From the NCBI GenBank assembly GCA_963845245.1, contig CAWJRJ010000003.1, forward strand, positions 1-44,493: a DNA stretch of 44,493 nt, given 5' to 3'. Position 1 is the stretch's first letter; each line of letters begins with the position of its first letter. The notes under the pieces were generated by a model, which saw only the letters and a list, made by a program, of their open reading frames with translations, made no database searches and was not told the origin of the DNA. A program made the translations under genes and the position numbers. Source of the DNA: Nitrospirota bacterium (GTDB lineage Bacteria > Nitrospirota > JACRHJ01). This document shows positions 35,400 through 44,493 of the stretch, in pieces.

Positions 35400-37141
35400 T
35401 TATGGCACACGGGCTTGTAAACTGGCGTGATTGGAGTAGTGAGGCGTTTGACGAGGCCGACCGCGACGGGAAACTGGTGCTACTGGATATCTCGGCGGTA
35501 TGGTGCCACTGGTGCCATGTGATGGACGAGACGTCCTACTCGGACCAGAAGGTCGCAGAGTTTATAAACCGGAAGTTCGTGCCTGTACGGGTGGATACGG
35601 ACAGGATGCCCGACGTGAACGAGCGCTACAACATGGGAGGCTGGCCCACGACGGCAATACTTACACCGAACGGCGAAGTATTGGTGGGAGCAACCTACGT
35701 CCCACCCGAAAAACTAATGGAGACACTTGAACAGCTTGCGGGGTTCTACGACGAGAACCGCGCCGCGGTGAAGGAGAAGGCCGCGGAACTCTCCCAAAAG
35801 AAGGCGGCAGAACTGCTTGCAGAGATACCCGTCGAACAGATATCGGCGGGAATAATATCCTGCGTGCTTGGCGAGATGGACAGCCATTACGACCCTGTGC
35901 ACGGCGGTTTCGACGACGCCCCGAAATTCCCGGCCCCTGAATCCATCGAACTGCTGCTCACCGCATACTGCGATACCGGCAAAAAACAATACCTCGACAT
36001 GGCCGAGACCACCCTTTCCGGGATGTCGGACTACGGGATGTTCGACCATGAGATGGGTGGGTTCTTCAGATACTCGGTAACCAAGGACTGGACCATCCCG
36101 CATTTTGAGAAGATGCTCGACGTCAATGCCGGACTATTGCTAAACCTGCTCGACTTATACAGGTTGACCGGCAGCAGCCGTTATGAGGTCACCGCAAGGA
36201 AGACAATAGATTACCTGAACAATTGGCTCTGGACCGACGAGGGCTGGTTCTACGGCAGCCAGGATGCCGACGAGAAATATTACAAGCTGTCTTTTGCGGA
36301 AAGGGAAAAACTAAGCCCGCCCTATGTGGACAAGACGCTCTTCACCAACTTGAACGCCAGGATGTCCTTTGCGTACCTCGCCGCATGGGAAGTCCTTCAT
36401 GATGAGAGTTTGAAAGATCAGGCCCTTAAAAACCTTGACGTCACGCTCTCCCGCATGAAATGTGAAGGCGGCGGATTTTACCATTACCATGACGGCAAAC
36501 CGCACAGGCCCGGGCTTTTGACAGACCAGTCGGCAATGCTACGGACACTCCTCTATGCATACCAGTTGACGTCAGACAGCAGGTGGCTGGACGAGGCGAT
36601 GTCAGTGTTGAAGTTCATGGAAAAGACCTTATGGGACAACAAAAAAGGCGGGTTCTTCGACCTGCCACACGACCCGAGGGCCGTTGCGGCGCTCGCGTAC
36701 AGGGCAAAACCGATGCCTGAGAACTCCGAGACGGCAAGGTCCCTCGTTACATTGTCCATTTTGACGGGAGACAACGATTACGCAGCCATGGCCGCCAAAT
36801 GCCTCGCGCCATATTCCAGCTCGCACTGCGATTACAGCTACCTTGCATCTGGTTACGCCCTTGCCGTGGACTTCCTGCTAAAGGAAAACATCGCACTGAC
36901 ATTCGTCGGGGATGTCGGAAGCGAGTCGATGAATTCACTTGCGGCAGCGGCTGGAGAGGTGTTCGTGCCGCGAAGGGTGATGCGTTTAATGGACTTTGCC
37001 GCCCAGAGTGACAAGATACAAAAGCTGGGGTACCACAATAGCGGGAAACCGGCGGTCTATATCTGCCGGGGCACGGTCTGCACGGCGAAGATAGAAGACC
37101 CCGCAAAGCTCAAGGAAGAACTGTCAAAGAACACAGCCTGA
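35396..37141 (+). CDS. DUF255 thioredoxin-domain protein (YyaL/SSP411 family)
   Basis: WCHWCHVM, RVDTDRMPD, GGWPTT, GGFDDAPKFP, GGFFRYS..W..PHFEKML, YICRGTVC. Confidence 0.92.
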   Translation: MIMAHGLVNWRDWSSEAFDEADRDGKLVLLDISAVWCHWCHVMDETSYSDQKVAEFINRKFVPVRVDTDRMPDVNERYNMGGWPTTAILTPNGEVLVGATYVPPEKLMETLEQLAGFYDENRAAVKEKAAELSQKKAAELLAEIPVEQISAGIISCVLGEMDSHYDPVHGGFDDAPKFPAPESIELLLTAYCDTGKKQYLDMAETTLSGMSDYGMFDHEMGGFFRYSVTKDWTIPHFEKMLDVNAGLLLNLLDLYRLTGSSRYEVTARKTIDYLNNWLWTDEGWFYGSQDADEKYYKLSFAEREKLSPPYVDKTLFTNLNARMSFAYLAAWEVLHDESLKDQALKNLDVTLSRMKCEGGGFYHYHDGKPHRPGLLTDQSAMLRTLLYAYQLTSDSRWLDEAMSVLKFMEKTLWDNKKGGFFDLPHDPRAVAALAYRAKPMPENSETARSLVTLSILTGDNDYAAMAAKCLAPYSSSHCDYSYLASGYALAVDFLLKENIALTFVGDVGSESMNSLAAAAGEVFVPRRVMRLMDFAAQSDKIQKLGYHNSGKPAVYICRGTVCTAKIEDPAKLKEELSKNTA

Positions 37142-37148
37142 CTTCGTC

Positions 37149-38147
37149 CTATTCTATTCCCCTTAAAAATTCAGCATTCACTTCCGGCACCGACGGGTTT
37201 ATCCGCATGCCGGTCCCAAGCTCGAACCCTGCGTCCCTGGTAATCCTCGGGATGATGGCCATGTACCAGTGCAGGTGCCGGGAGTTCGACTCCGAAGGTG
37301 CAGAACTTCTTATGGAGTAATTGAAGTCTGGGTTGCCTATACCTTTGTAGAGCTTGTAAAGCACTGTTTTGAGCACTACGGCAAGGTCGTCAAGCTCTTC
37401 CCGTGTGGCATCCACGAAACAGCTGACGTGACGCTTCGGGAATATCCAGGTATGAAACGGAGAAAGAGACGCATATGGTATGAAGGCCGCAAAATGTTCA
37501 GATTCGAATACCACGCGCCCACCATCCGTCATCTCCTCTTCAAGCGTGCGGCAGAGCAGGCAGGCGCCGTTGTCCATATAGAAACGCATCGCCTCGTCGG
37601 CGCGATACTTTATCTGCACCGGCGTTATCGGCATCCCCACTATCTGCGAATGGGGGTGTTCCAGCGAGGTCCCGGCAGCCGAGCCGTAGTTCTTGAATAA
37701 TATCACCTGCTCAACCCTTGGGTCATCATGAAAGGCACGATACCGTTGCTGATAGGTATAGATAAGGTTCCTCACGTTCTCCAAAGGCATCAACGCAGTG
37801 CACATGTCATGCCTGGGCGTCTCCACTATTACATCGTGCAGGCCCACCCCGTTCATGCTTATCCTTAAGCCATCGGTCTTCCAGGAGAGCTCCCCTTCCG
37901 GGGAAAGGGCTGAGAACTTGTTCGGCACGCACCGGACGAGCCAGGAACCGTTGGCGGGGTCTGGGATGCGGAAGGTCTCAGGCGGTGTCATCGCCTCGTT
38001 GCCTGCGCACAGAGGGCAGTTGGCCGAGTGCTCCGGGAAGACCTTCGTCTCCACCTTCGGCCCATTGAGGTCGCTAGGCCTCTTTGCCCTTTCGGGCGCC
38101 ATTATGACGAACTCCCCGGTAACCCTGTTCTTCCTTATCTCAGGCAT
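37149..38147 (-). CDS. galT: Galactose-1-phosphate uridylyltransferase (GalT/HIT family)
   Basis: ERAKRP, CPLCAGNE, NKFSAL, GTSLEHPHSQ, AGFELGTG. Confidence 0.93.
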   Translation of the reverse strand: MPEIRKNRVTGEFVIMAPERAKRPSDLNGPKVETKVFPEHSANCPLCAGNEAMTPPETFRIPDPANGSWLVRCVPNKFSALSPEGELSWKTDGLRISMNGVGLHDVIVETPRHDMCTALMPLENVRNLIYTYQQRYRAFHDDPRVEQVILFKNYGSAAGTSLEHPHSQIVGMPITPVQIKYRADEAMRFYMDNGACLLCRTLEEEMTDGGRVVFESEHFAAFIPYASLSPFHTWIFPKRHVSCFVDATREELDDLAVVLKTVLYKLYKGIGNPDFNYSIRSSAPSESNSRHLHWYMAIIPRITRDAGFELGTGMRINPSVPEVNAEFLRGIE

Positions 38148-38163
38148 CGTTTACCCCTTTAGT

Positions 38164-38514
38164 TTATTCACCGGCAATGAAATCGAGGCTCTTGTTCTGC
38201 TTGATAGCAAAGCTGCACGTGTCCTTAAGCTTTCCAACGAAACCGGTGCACTTGGCCTTGACCTCTGCGGACATGAGTTTCTCTCCGGCAAGATAGGCCT
38301 CAAGCTTTACGATATCCTGCATCAGGTCAGGCAGGTCATCCGGCATGAATATGATATCTTCCTTGTCGTTTTTCAGCTTGCCCAGGTACGGGTAGGTCTC
38401 CTCGGTAACGAGCTTCCTGAAAAGAAGCTCGTGTACTGCGTTGTCAAAGTGAAGCTCTTTGGAGAACTTGAAATCGTCGTCAAATACCACCGCATCGAAA
38501 CCCATATCATCCAT
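38164..38514 (-). CDS. Hypothetical protein
   Basis: 116-aa ORF with RBS AAGGAG in operon context. Confidence 0.7.
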   Translation of the reverse strand: MDDMGFDAVVFDDDFKFSKELHFDNAVHELLFRKLVTEETYPYLGKLKNDKEDIIFMPDDLPDLMQDIVKLEAYLAGEKLMSAEVKAKCTGFVGKLKDTCSFAIKQNKSLDFIAGE

Positions 38515-38526
38515 CTCCTTTGGTTC

Positions 38527-39645
38527 TTACATCGTCCTTTTAAACGTAATGACCGCGAGTGTCATCATGACCGCGGTAAATAATAGCAGAAAAGTGAGGT
38601 CGCCGTAAATAACAGAAATATGGCTGCCCTTGAAAAGCAACGATTTCAGGGCGTGGACGGCATAATATTCCGGGTTTACCTTCGCAAACGCCCGTAGCCA
38701 GCCTGGGAAGCTCTCGATCGGGTATACCGCCCCCGACGGGAAGAAGAATATCACGTTCATAAACCCGGAGAACACGCCGACTATCCTGGGGTGGTTCGCC
38801 CGCCCAAGCATCAGGAACATCATCGAGAGCAGCCCGAGCGTAGTCAGCGAGAGCACGGCAAAGACACCCGGCGCTGCTGAGGAACGTCCTGGTTACCGGA
38901 AGGCCCGTTATGAGCGCGCTTGCCGTCAGCACCATCAGCGCCATGCAAAGTGTGATAATAAAACCAGACACGATAAGCCCGACCACAATATCCGCCTTGG
39001 TGATGGGCGTCATGAGTATCGCCTCGTCTACGCCCAGGAAGCGGTCCATGACGAGGTTGAACACGCCCGTTATCATCGTGCCCATGAATATCGCCATCAC
39101 GACGACGCCCGGCACGAGCGTCTGGTCGTAGTCCACAAGGCGGTAAAGTTCCACCCTGCGGGTATTGACCTGAGACCTGTCCGGCCTTATGGCGACAAAC
39201 GGCACGTTCACCGATGCCACAGCCTGCGCTACCGCGTCATTAAGCGTGCCTGATGATATCTGGTCTGTGTTGTCCACGAACAGCCCGACCTCCGGCCCGG
39301 TCTTCGCCTCGACGCGGCGGGTGAAGTCCGGCGGCACGATCAGCGCGCCCTTGAACCTGCCGTCCCTGACGCCCTCGACTGCCTCGCCCTGGTCGGACAG
39401 CCAGACGCAGCTTCACCGTCTTTGGGCCTATCGATACGCGCCTTTATCGCCTCCGTCACACGCCTGCCGTACTCGCCTGAGTCCTGTTCACCACGGCCAG
39501 CGGCAGGCCCTTCAGCTTGCCCTGAAAGGAGTTGCCCAGTATTACAAGGTACGCGAGCGGCATGACCACCGCCATCACCATTATGACCGGGTTTCGCATG
39601 AACTTGCGGATGTCCCGCTCTATGACTGCTACGCGCGCGCATCAT
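38527..39645 (-). CDS. ABC-2 type exporter permease; multiple indels
   Basis: Fragments IVPPDFTRR, LVPGVVVMAIF, FFPSGAVYPIESFPGWL, VNPEYYAV. Confidence 0.85.
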
Positions 39646-39649
39646 ATGC

Positions 39650-40656
39650 TCACCCCCCAAGCTTTCTGGGGACGCCCGCGCCCAGGAACAGGCTCACCTT
39701 CTTCGACTCCTCCTCGCGGATGGAGCGGCCTGTGTGGTGTATGAACACGTCCTCAAGCGAGAGGTTATGGATCCCGACGGAGCGCACCTTCACGCCCATG
39801 TCTCCGGCAAGCTTCATCAAAAGCGGGGCGTCGTCCCCGCCGTTGTCCACGTAGCACCGAAGCTCGCCGTCCTCAAGCGTCGCCTTGTGCACGTACGGTT
39901 CCTTCTCTGCCGCCGCACGCACGCCTCTCCGCGTCTCCGTCTATTGTCATTACCACGATGTCGCTGCCCGGCAGCCCCGCCTTCAGCTCGTCCGGCGTAC
40001 CCTTCACGATTATGTTGCCGTAGTCGATGATGGCCACCTTGCTGCAGAGCGACTCCGCCTCGTCCATGTAGTGCGTCGTGAGGAATACGGTCAGGTCGTA
40101 GTCGCGCATGAAGTCCTGGAGCATGTCCCATACGACGCGGCGGCTCTGCGGGTCCAGCCCGGAAGTCGGCTCGTCCAGGAACAGTATGGACGGCCTGTGC
40201 ACCAGCACGCGCGCGATGTCGAGCCTGCGCCTCATGCCGCCGGAGTACGTCGCGACCAGGTCGTCCGCCTTCTTCGTCAGGTCCACCCGCTCAAGCAGTT
40301 CCTCGATCCTCTTCAGGCGTATCTTCTTCGGCACCTCGTAGAACTTGCCGTAGATGTCCATGTTCTCGCGGGCGGTCAGGTCCAGGTCGGAGGACATCGC
40401 CTGCGGCACGACGCCTATGGAGCGGCGCACCATGACCGGGCTCCTTTATTATGTCGTACCCGCCTACCTTCGCGGTGCCGGAGGTCGGCTTCAGCACCGT
40501 CGTCAGCATCCTGATGAGCGTACTCTTGCCCGCGCCGTTCGGCCCCAGGAAGCCGAAGAACTCGCCCTTCCCCACCTCTATGCTCACGCCGTTGACGGCA
40601 TTCAGGGTGCCGAATGACTTTTTTATGTCCTGTGTTGTGACTGCGTAATCCGACAT
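39650..40656 (-). CDS. ABC exporter ATP-binding subunit (DrrA/CcmA-like); indels near 40440 and 39930
   Basis: GPNGAGKST, YSGGMRRR, FLDEPTSGLD, TTHYM, SLEDVFIHHTG. Confidence 0.92.
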
Positions 40657-40671
40657 GGTTTTCTTTCTAAA

Positions 40672-40718
40672 TCCCCTCGCCCTTGCGGGAGAGGGTGGCG
40701 TGTAGCCCGGTGAGGGGA
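40672..40718. repeat. REP-like intergenic palindromic element
   Basis: TCCCCTCGCCC-TTGC-GGGAGAGGG...GGTGAGGGGA, the CCCTCTCCC/GGGAGAGGG/GGTGAGGG type of extragenic palindrome. Confidence 0.65.
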
Positions 40719-40719
40719 A

Positions 40720-41413
40720 CTATACCCTGCACTCCCTGACTATAGCATCCACGTGTATCTGCGTGGTGTTCAATACCGGCACCCCGTATTCGGACTTGTC
40801 GAGTATCAGCGGCAGTTCGGTGCAGCCGAGGATTATCGAGTCTATCCCGTCCTTCTCCACCATCCTGCCGATAATGTCCATCAGCTCCTGCCTCGTGGAC
40901 TCCTTGATTATACCCAGCTCGATCTCGGTAAACAGCCGCTTGTGGATGAGGTCAATGTCCGCCTCGTCCGGCACGGAAAGCGGAGGCCTTCGCGCGAGAA
41001 GACCTTCTGGTAGAAGTCCGCGCGCATCGTAAACCCCGTCCCCAGAAGGCCCGGCTTTTTGAATCCCAGCGCCTTAGCCTTGCGGCAGGTCTCTTCCAGT
41101 ATGCTGACAAGCGGCAGCGGCGAACGCGATCCTGCACCTCGTCGAAAACCACATGCGGCGTATTCGAGGCAATCGCCGCGAACTCCGCACCCGCGCGTTT
41201 CAATTCTCCACCTTATCCAGCAGCCAGTCCGCGAGCCCGCCCAGCCGACCTGGCTCGAACATAGTCATCAGCTCGCCCATGTTGGCGCTGTATAGTATTA
41301 TCTCCGGGTAATTGCAGTCCGCCGCCGTTGTTCTTGAAGGCGTCGATTATCCCCTTGTAGTATATGGCAGTCGATTCCGGGCCAAGCCCGGCCACCAGGC
41401 CTATCTTCTTCAC
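40720..41413 (-). CDS. Aspartate/glutamate racemase family protein; multiple indels
   Basis: KKIGLVAGLGPESTAIYY, GAEFAAIASNTPH, ILGCTELPL. Confidence 0.88.
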
Positions 41414-41414
41414 T

Positions 41415-41751
41415 CTAGTCCTCCGGCAGGCTCAAAACCTCGTCCCCTTGCTGGTATTCGTATTTGCCGGTATCGGGGTTGAAGTCATAGAGATAGTAGT
41501 TGTCCAGTGTCTTTCCGTTGGTGTCGGATACGAAGCCGTTAGGCGATTTGTCGCGCACATAGGCCGTGTCGCCGTTGATGAATGTTATCCGTCCGCCGCC
41601 GTCCTTATCAGTATTGTAATATAGCCGCTCAGGCCCTTATCACTCCAGTATACGGTGCCCTTGTCGCCCTTCAGCTTGATGGTTATCGCAGCCGATGCCG
41701 CCGACGCCGGGTAAGCAGGACTGTCAACAATGCGACAATAAGCTTTTTCAT
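41415..41751 (-). CDS. Small secreted hypothetical protein; indels
   Basis: RBS GAGGTG, MKKLIVALLTVLL signal; reading resumes in shifted frames to ...EVLSLPED stop at 41415. Confidence 0.55.
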
Positions 41752-41761
41752 GGTCAGCACC

Positions 41762-42268
41762 TCACTCCCAGTAATATATCGCCTCGTCCGCCGCCCTCAT
41801 GCCTTCGTATGGATGACGCCCCGGCAGGACGTCGTTCTGGAATACCCGCCATGCAGTCTTCCCGATGGGCAGGACGACCCTTTTGTTTATCCCGAATACC
41901 CTCCAGCCGTCCTTGTGCCGAAGCTCAAGCTGGGCGCTGCTTATCGAGTTATGCCTGTAGGTGATCCGCAGTTGCGCGTCGGTCGACAGCATCATCCTGA
42001 CAAGCCCGAACGCCTCCATGCATATCTCCTCGCAGGTCTTGTCGTCGCCCGCCTCCCATACGCCGTCGTAATATGCCCCGGCGAACGGGTATATCCGCCG
42101 TCTTCTCGCAGACCAGCTTTATGTCGAAGCCGCTGTCGTGCTTCTTGGGGACGACGAGGGTTATCCGGCTGCCGGACCGTTGCGCTCCAGCTTCGCCCGA
42201 AGGCGCGGGCGCGCCAGCACCGTCCTCTTTGCATGTTCCTCAAACAGTCCAAGAAGCGAATCCGGCAT
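41762..42268 (-). CDS. Hypothetical protein; indels
   Basis: ATG 42268 (MPDSLLGLFEEH) joined via shifts to ORF 41762..42019; fills the gap in a co-directional run. Confidence 0.5.
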
Positions 42269-42279
42269 GGTTCAGCCTC

Positions 42280-42867
42280 TTAATGGAAGAACGGTATCCT
42301 GAACAACAGGAAAAACCCGTTAATGCACATCACAGACCCGGCAGTAGCGGCGAACAGCGATACTATGAACACCGGCAGCGAGGTCGCGATGATGGAGATG
42401 GATGCCAGTACGATAGCTATCTGGAGCAGGACCTCGGCGTAGTCGAAATAGGGGTCCTTGGACATGTTGACGTCGCGCTGGGCCTCCAGCTTTTTTGCCG
42501 ATGCCTCGATGTCCTTCTTCTCCGCGTTGAACCTCGCCTCATCATCGGCAACGGATTTCAGCTCCTTCTCGTATGCCGCGACGGTCTCCGGCTTCATCGC
42601 GGCCTTCCTGTCCATATATTGCAGCTCAAGCGCCTCTTTCTGCACCTTGTACATATGCTCGCGCATCGCCTTCGCCTGGTAGAACGCCCACTGGTCCGAC
42701 GCCTGCTGCTGCGACAGCATCATCTCCTTCGTGGCGTTGTTACCACCCAAAGAGGTAATGGCTAGCATCACGGCAAATATCGCCGTCACAAGGGCGATAC
42801 GCTTACTGAAATGGTCTTTTGCTTTTTCTCTGAGCTCTTCCGGCTCAGGCAGTTCTACTTCTGGCAT
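42280..42867 (-). CDS. DUF4337 family membrane protein
   Basis: IALVTAIFAV, ASDQWAFYQAK, FDYAEVLLQIAIVLASI. Confidence 0.9.
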   Translation of the reverse strand: MPEVELPEPEELREKAKDHFSKRIALVTAIFAVMLAITSLGGNNATKEMMLSQQQASDQWAFYQAKAMREHMYKVQKEALELQYMDRKAAMKPETVAAYEKELKSVADDEARFNAEKKDIEASAKKLEAQRDVNMSKDPYFDYAEVLLQIAIVLASISIIATSLPVFIVSLFAATAGSVMCINGFFLLFRIPFFH

Positions 42868-42881
42868 TGCTTACTCCCCCT

Positions 42882-43142
42882 TTACTTCACCATCAGTTTC
42901 GCTATATAAAGTATCGCCGCCAGCGCGGCAATCCACCTTATATACCGCATGATGAAGAGGAGGAACTTGTCGCCATACCACACCGACAACCCCGAAACAA
43001 TAAACGCGGCGGTAACACCTAACTCCATCGGGGCGTCCCAGAACAGCACCCACGAGCCGCCTATCATGGCCCCGATACCGAAACCTATGACGAACCGCAT
43101 GATCAGGACCGCAACATCGACCTTTTCTTCTTGCAAAATCAC
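42882..43142 (-). CDS. Small multi-TM membrane protein
   Basis: Hydrophobic 86-aa ORF overlapping upstream stop; RBS GGGGAG. Confidence 0.65.
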   Translation of the reverse strand: MILQEEKVDVAVLIMRFVIGFGIGAMIGGSWVLFWDAPMELGVTAAFIVSGLSVWYGDKFLLFIMRYIRWIAALAAILYIAKLMVK

Positions 43143-44047
43143 TCCCCTGTATTCCCGCCATCAGGCGTATCCGCTGTCTCGATATCGGCATTATTCACGG
43201 CCTCAGCCGCAGGCTCAGCCGGTGCGACATTATATTCCGCCGCCGTCAGCATCAGCGAGGTCTTGTGGTGCTGCACCATCGACATCTTCATCGGGTGTTC
43301 CTTGTTCTTGAAATCCATCGCGACAGTGACTGTAGTATCTCCGTCCACGGAGACGAAAAATCCGCGATCCCTGGCGAACAGGCAGTCGTATTCGTACACG
43401 AAAGATGCGCTCTCGATGCTCTTGCTGTCCTTCTGCTTCTGCTTCTGCTTCTCCGTCTTCAGTTTGCAGGTGACGTGATAGGCGACGCAGTCCATCCCCT
43501 CAACAGTCTTTAGCCCTGTAAAGGTATAGACGGCCTTGCCCTTTAGGTTAGGCACCAACCCGGAGCCGGATACCACGAAATCCTGGGTAGTGGCATTGAT
43601 GGTGTCCAACGGTCCCTGCGGGAGCGGAAACATCATATCGAACTGGGGCTGCATGTCACCGCCTGCGGAGTAATACCCACGTGACATGTTTCCGTCCGCA
43701 TCCATGGGCATCTCGATTGATTTGGCTGCCACTTGCATCTGTTCCGGGGGCATCTCGCGGCCCGCAACAGTCATCTGGGTCGGGCGCATATCATACTTCA
43801 CAACCGCTCCGTTCCCATTGCAGTTGATAACTAAGGGGCCTTCGGCCTTTACGACGGTGTTGCCCACTTCCTGCGGGACGTCTTTGCCGTCCATCTCCAT
43901 GGTCATTTCCTGCGAGTAGTCGTAGGAATACCGCGCGCCCTGCGGCAACTGCCACTTAAGCGCGAGGGAGTCTTCTGCGAAAACGTCCGGAGCAAAGGCA
44001 AGCACCGCCGCAAAAAAAGCCGCAACCCAAAGGACTCGTCTCATCAA
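43139..44047 (-). CDS. Secreted hypothetical beta-rich protein
   Basis: Signal peptide ending VFA-E; RBS AGGAGG; 302-aa clean ORF. Confidence 0.8.
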   Translation of the reverse strand: MMRRVLWVAAFFAAVLAFAPDVFAEDSLALKWQLPQGARYSYDYSQEMTMEMDGKDVPQEVGNTVVKAEGPLVINCNGNGAVVKYDMRPTQMTVAGREMPPEQMQVAAKSIEMPMDADGNMSRGYYSAGGDMQPQFDMMFPLPQGPLDTINATTQDFVVSGSGLVPNLKGKAVYTFTGLKTVEGMDCVAYHVTCKLKTEKQKQKQKDSKSIESASFVYEYDCLFARDRGFFVSVDGDTTVTVAMDFKNKEHPMKMSMVQHHKTSLMLTAAEYNVAPAEPAAEAVNNADIETADTPDGGNTGE

Positions 44048-44056
44048 GCCTCCTGT

Positions 44057-44493
44057 TTATTGTGGTGGTATCTCCACCAGCACGCTCATGCCCGGCTTCA
44101 GTATCCCCTCCGGGTCATCCACCTTTATCCTCGTGCGAAACGTCCGTATGTCCTGCCGCCCGCGCGTGACATCGCGCTCCACGGCGAACTCGCCCTCGCG
44201 GCCAATGTCATAAACGGTGCCGTTTATCACCTTGCCCGGCACGCCCTCAAGCCGGATGAACGCCTTCTGGCCGACCTTCACGATATCCACGTACCTCTGC
44301 TCCAGGTCGAAACGCACCCAGACGGACTTCGGGTCGATCAGCGTCATGATGCTCGTGCCGGGGTTGACGACCTCGCCCTCCTCAAGGGAACGGTACTCAA
44401 CCACGCCGTCCACCGGCGAGTATATGTCCGCATAGCCGAGGCGCGACTTCTGAAGAGCCGTGTTCTGGGAGGCTGCTCCCACCTGGGCTCTAA
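44057..44493 (-). CDS. HlyD/RND periplasmic adaptor subunit, 5' truncated by the window
   Basis: IYSPVDGVV, GEVVNPG, VWVRFD, VKVGQ, LKPGMSV. Confidence 0.9.
   Translation of the reverse strand, partial: RAQVGAASQNTALQKSRLGYADIYSPVDGVVEYRSLEEGEVVNPGTSIMTLIDPKSVWVRFDLEQRYVDIVKVGQKAFIRLEGVPGKVINGTVYDIGREGEFAVERDVTRGRQDIRTFRTRIKVDDPEGILKPGMSVLVEIPPQ

Overview
Bacterial genomic window of moderately high GC; gene content suggests an anaerobic Desulfobacterota/Nitrospirota-like diderm, but taxonomy cannot be fixed from sequence alone. Many recognisable genes are broken by single-base indels, most likely uncorrected long-read errors rather than true pseudogenes. Left end: two-subunit biotin-dependent (pyruvate carboxylase-like) carboxylase and a beta-carbonic anhydrase. 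4.2-25.4 kb is an accessory envelope/stress region. It holds a 1338-aa secreted adhesin-like protein with eight Lys/Glu/Asn(Asp) isopeptide-type repeats, preceded by two tandem GEMM (c-di-GMP-I) riboswitch aptamers, the second a C92U variant. It also holds an ECF sigma/anti-sigma/Spy-like operon sharing mirror-image ECF promoters with a secreted Gly-rich low-complexity protein, a hemerythrin, a cluster of small secreted proteins with OmpA, Spy/CpxP, BON, cls and SYLF genes, a sigma54-driven glycine-zipper membrane protein, an internally deleted GT2 pseudogene, a Tat-exported SOR-like protein and a lipoprotein acetolactate decarboxylase. 25.5-37.1 kb is a long housekeeping run (ttcA, dtd, pyrF, receiver protein, pyrE, pabB/trpE-like, pabC/ilvE-like, deoC, CMD, NifU, pterin-binding protein, SDR, AmmeMemoRadiSam radical SAM, ferredoxin, YyaL). 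The right end is a minus-strand run (galT, ABC exporter, racemase, DUF4337, hypotheticals, HlyD adaptor). No rRNA, tRNA, CRISPR array or transposase was seen.
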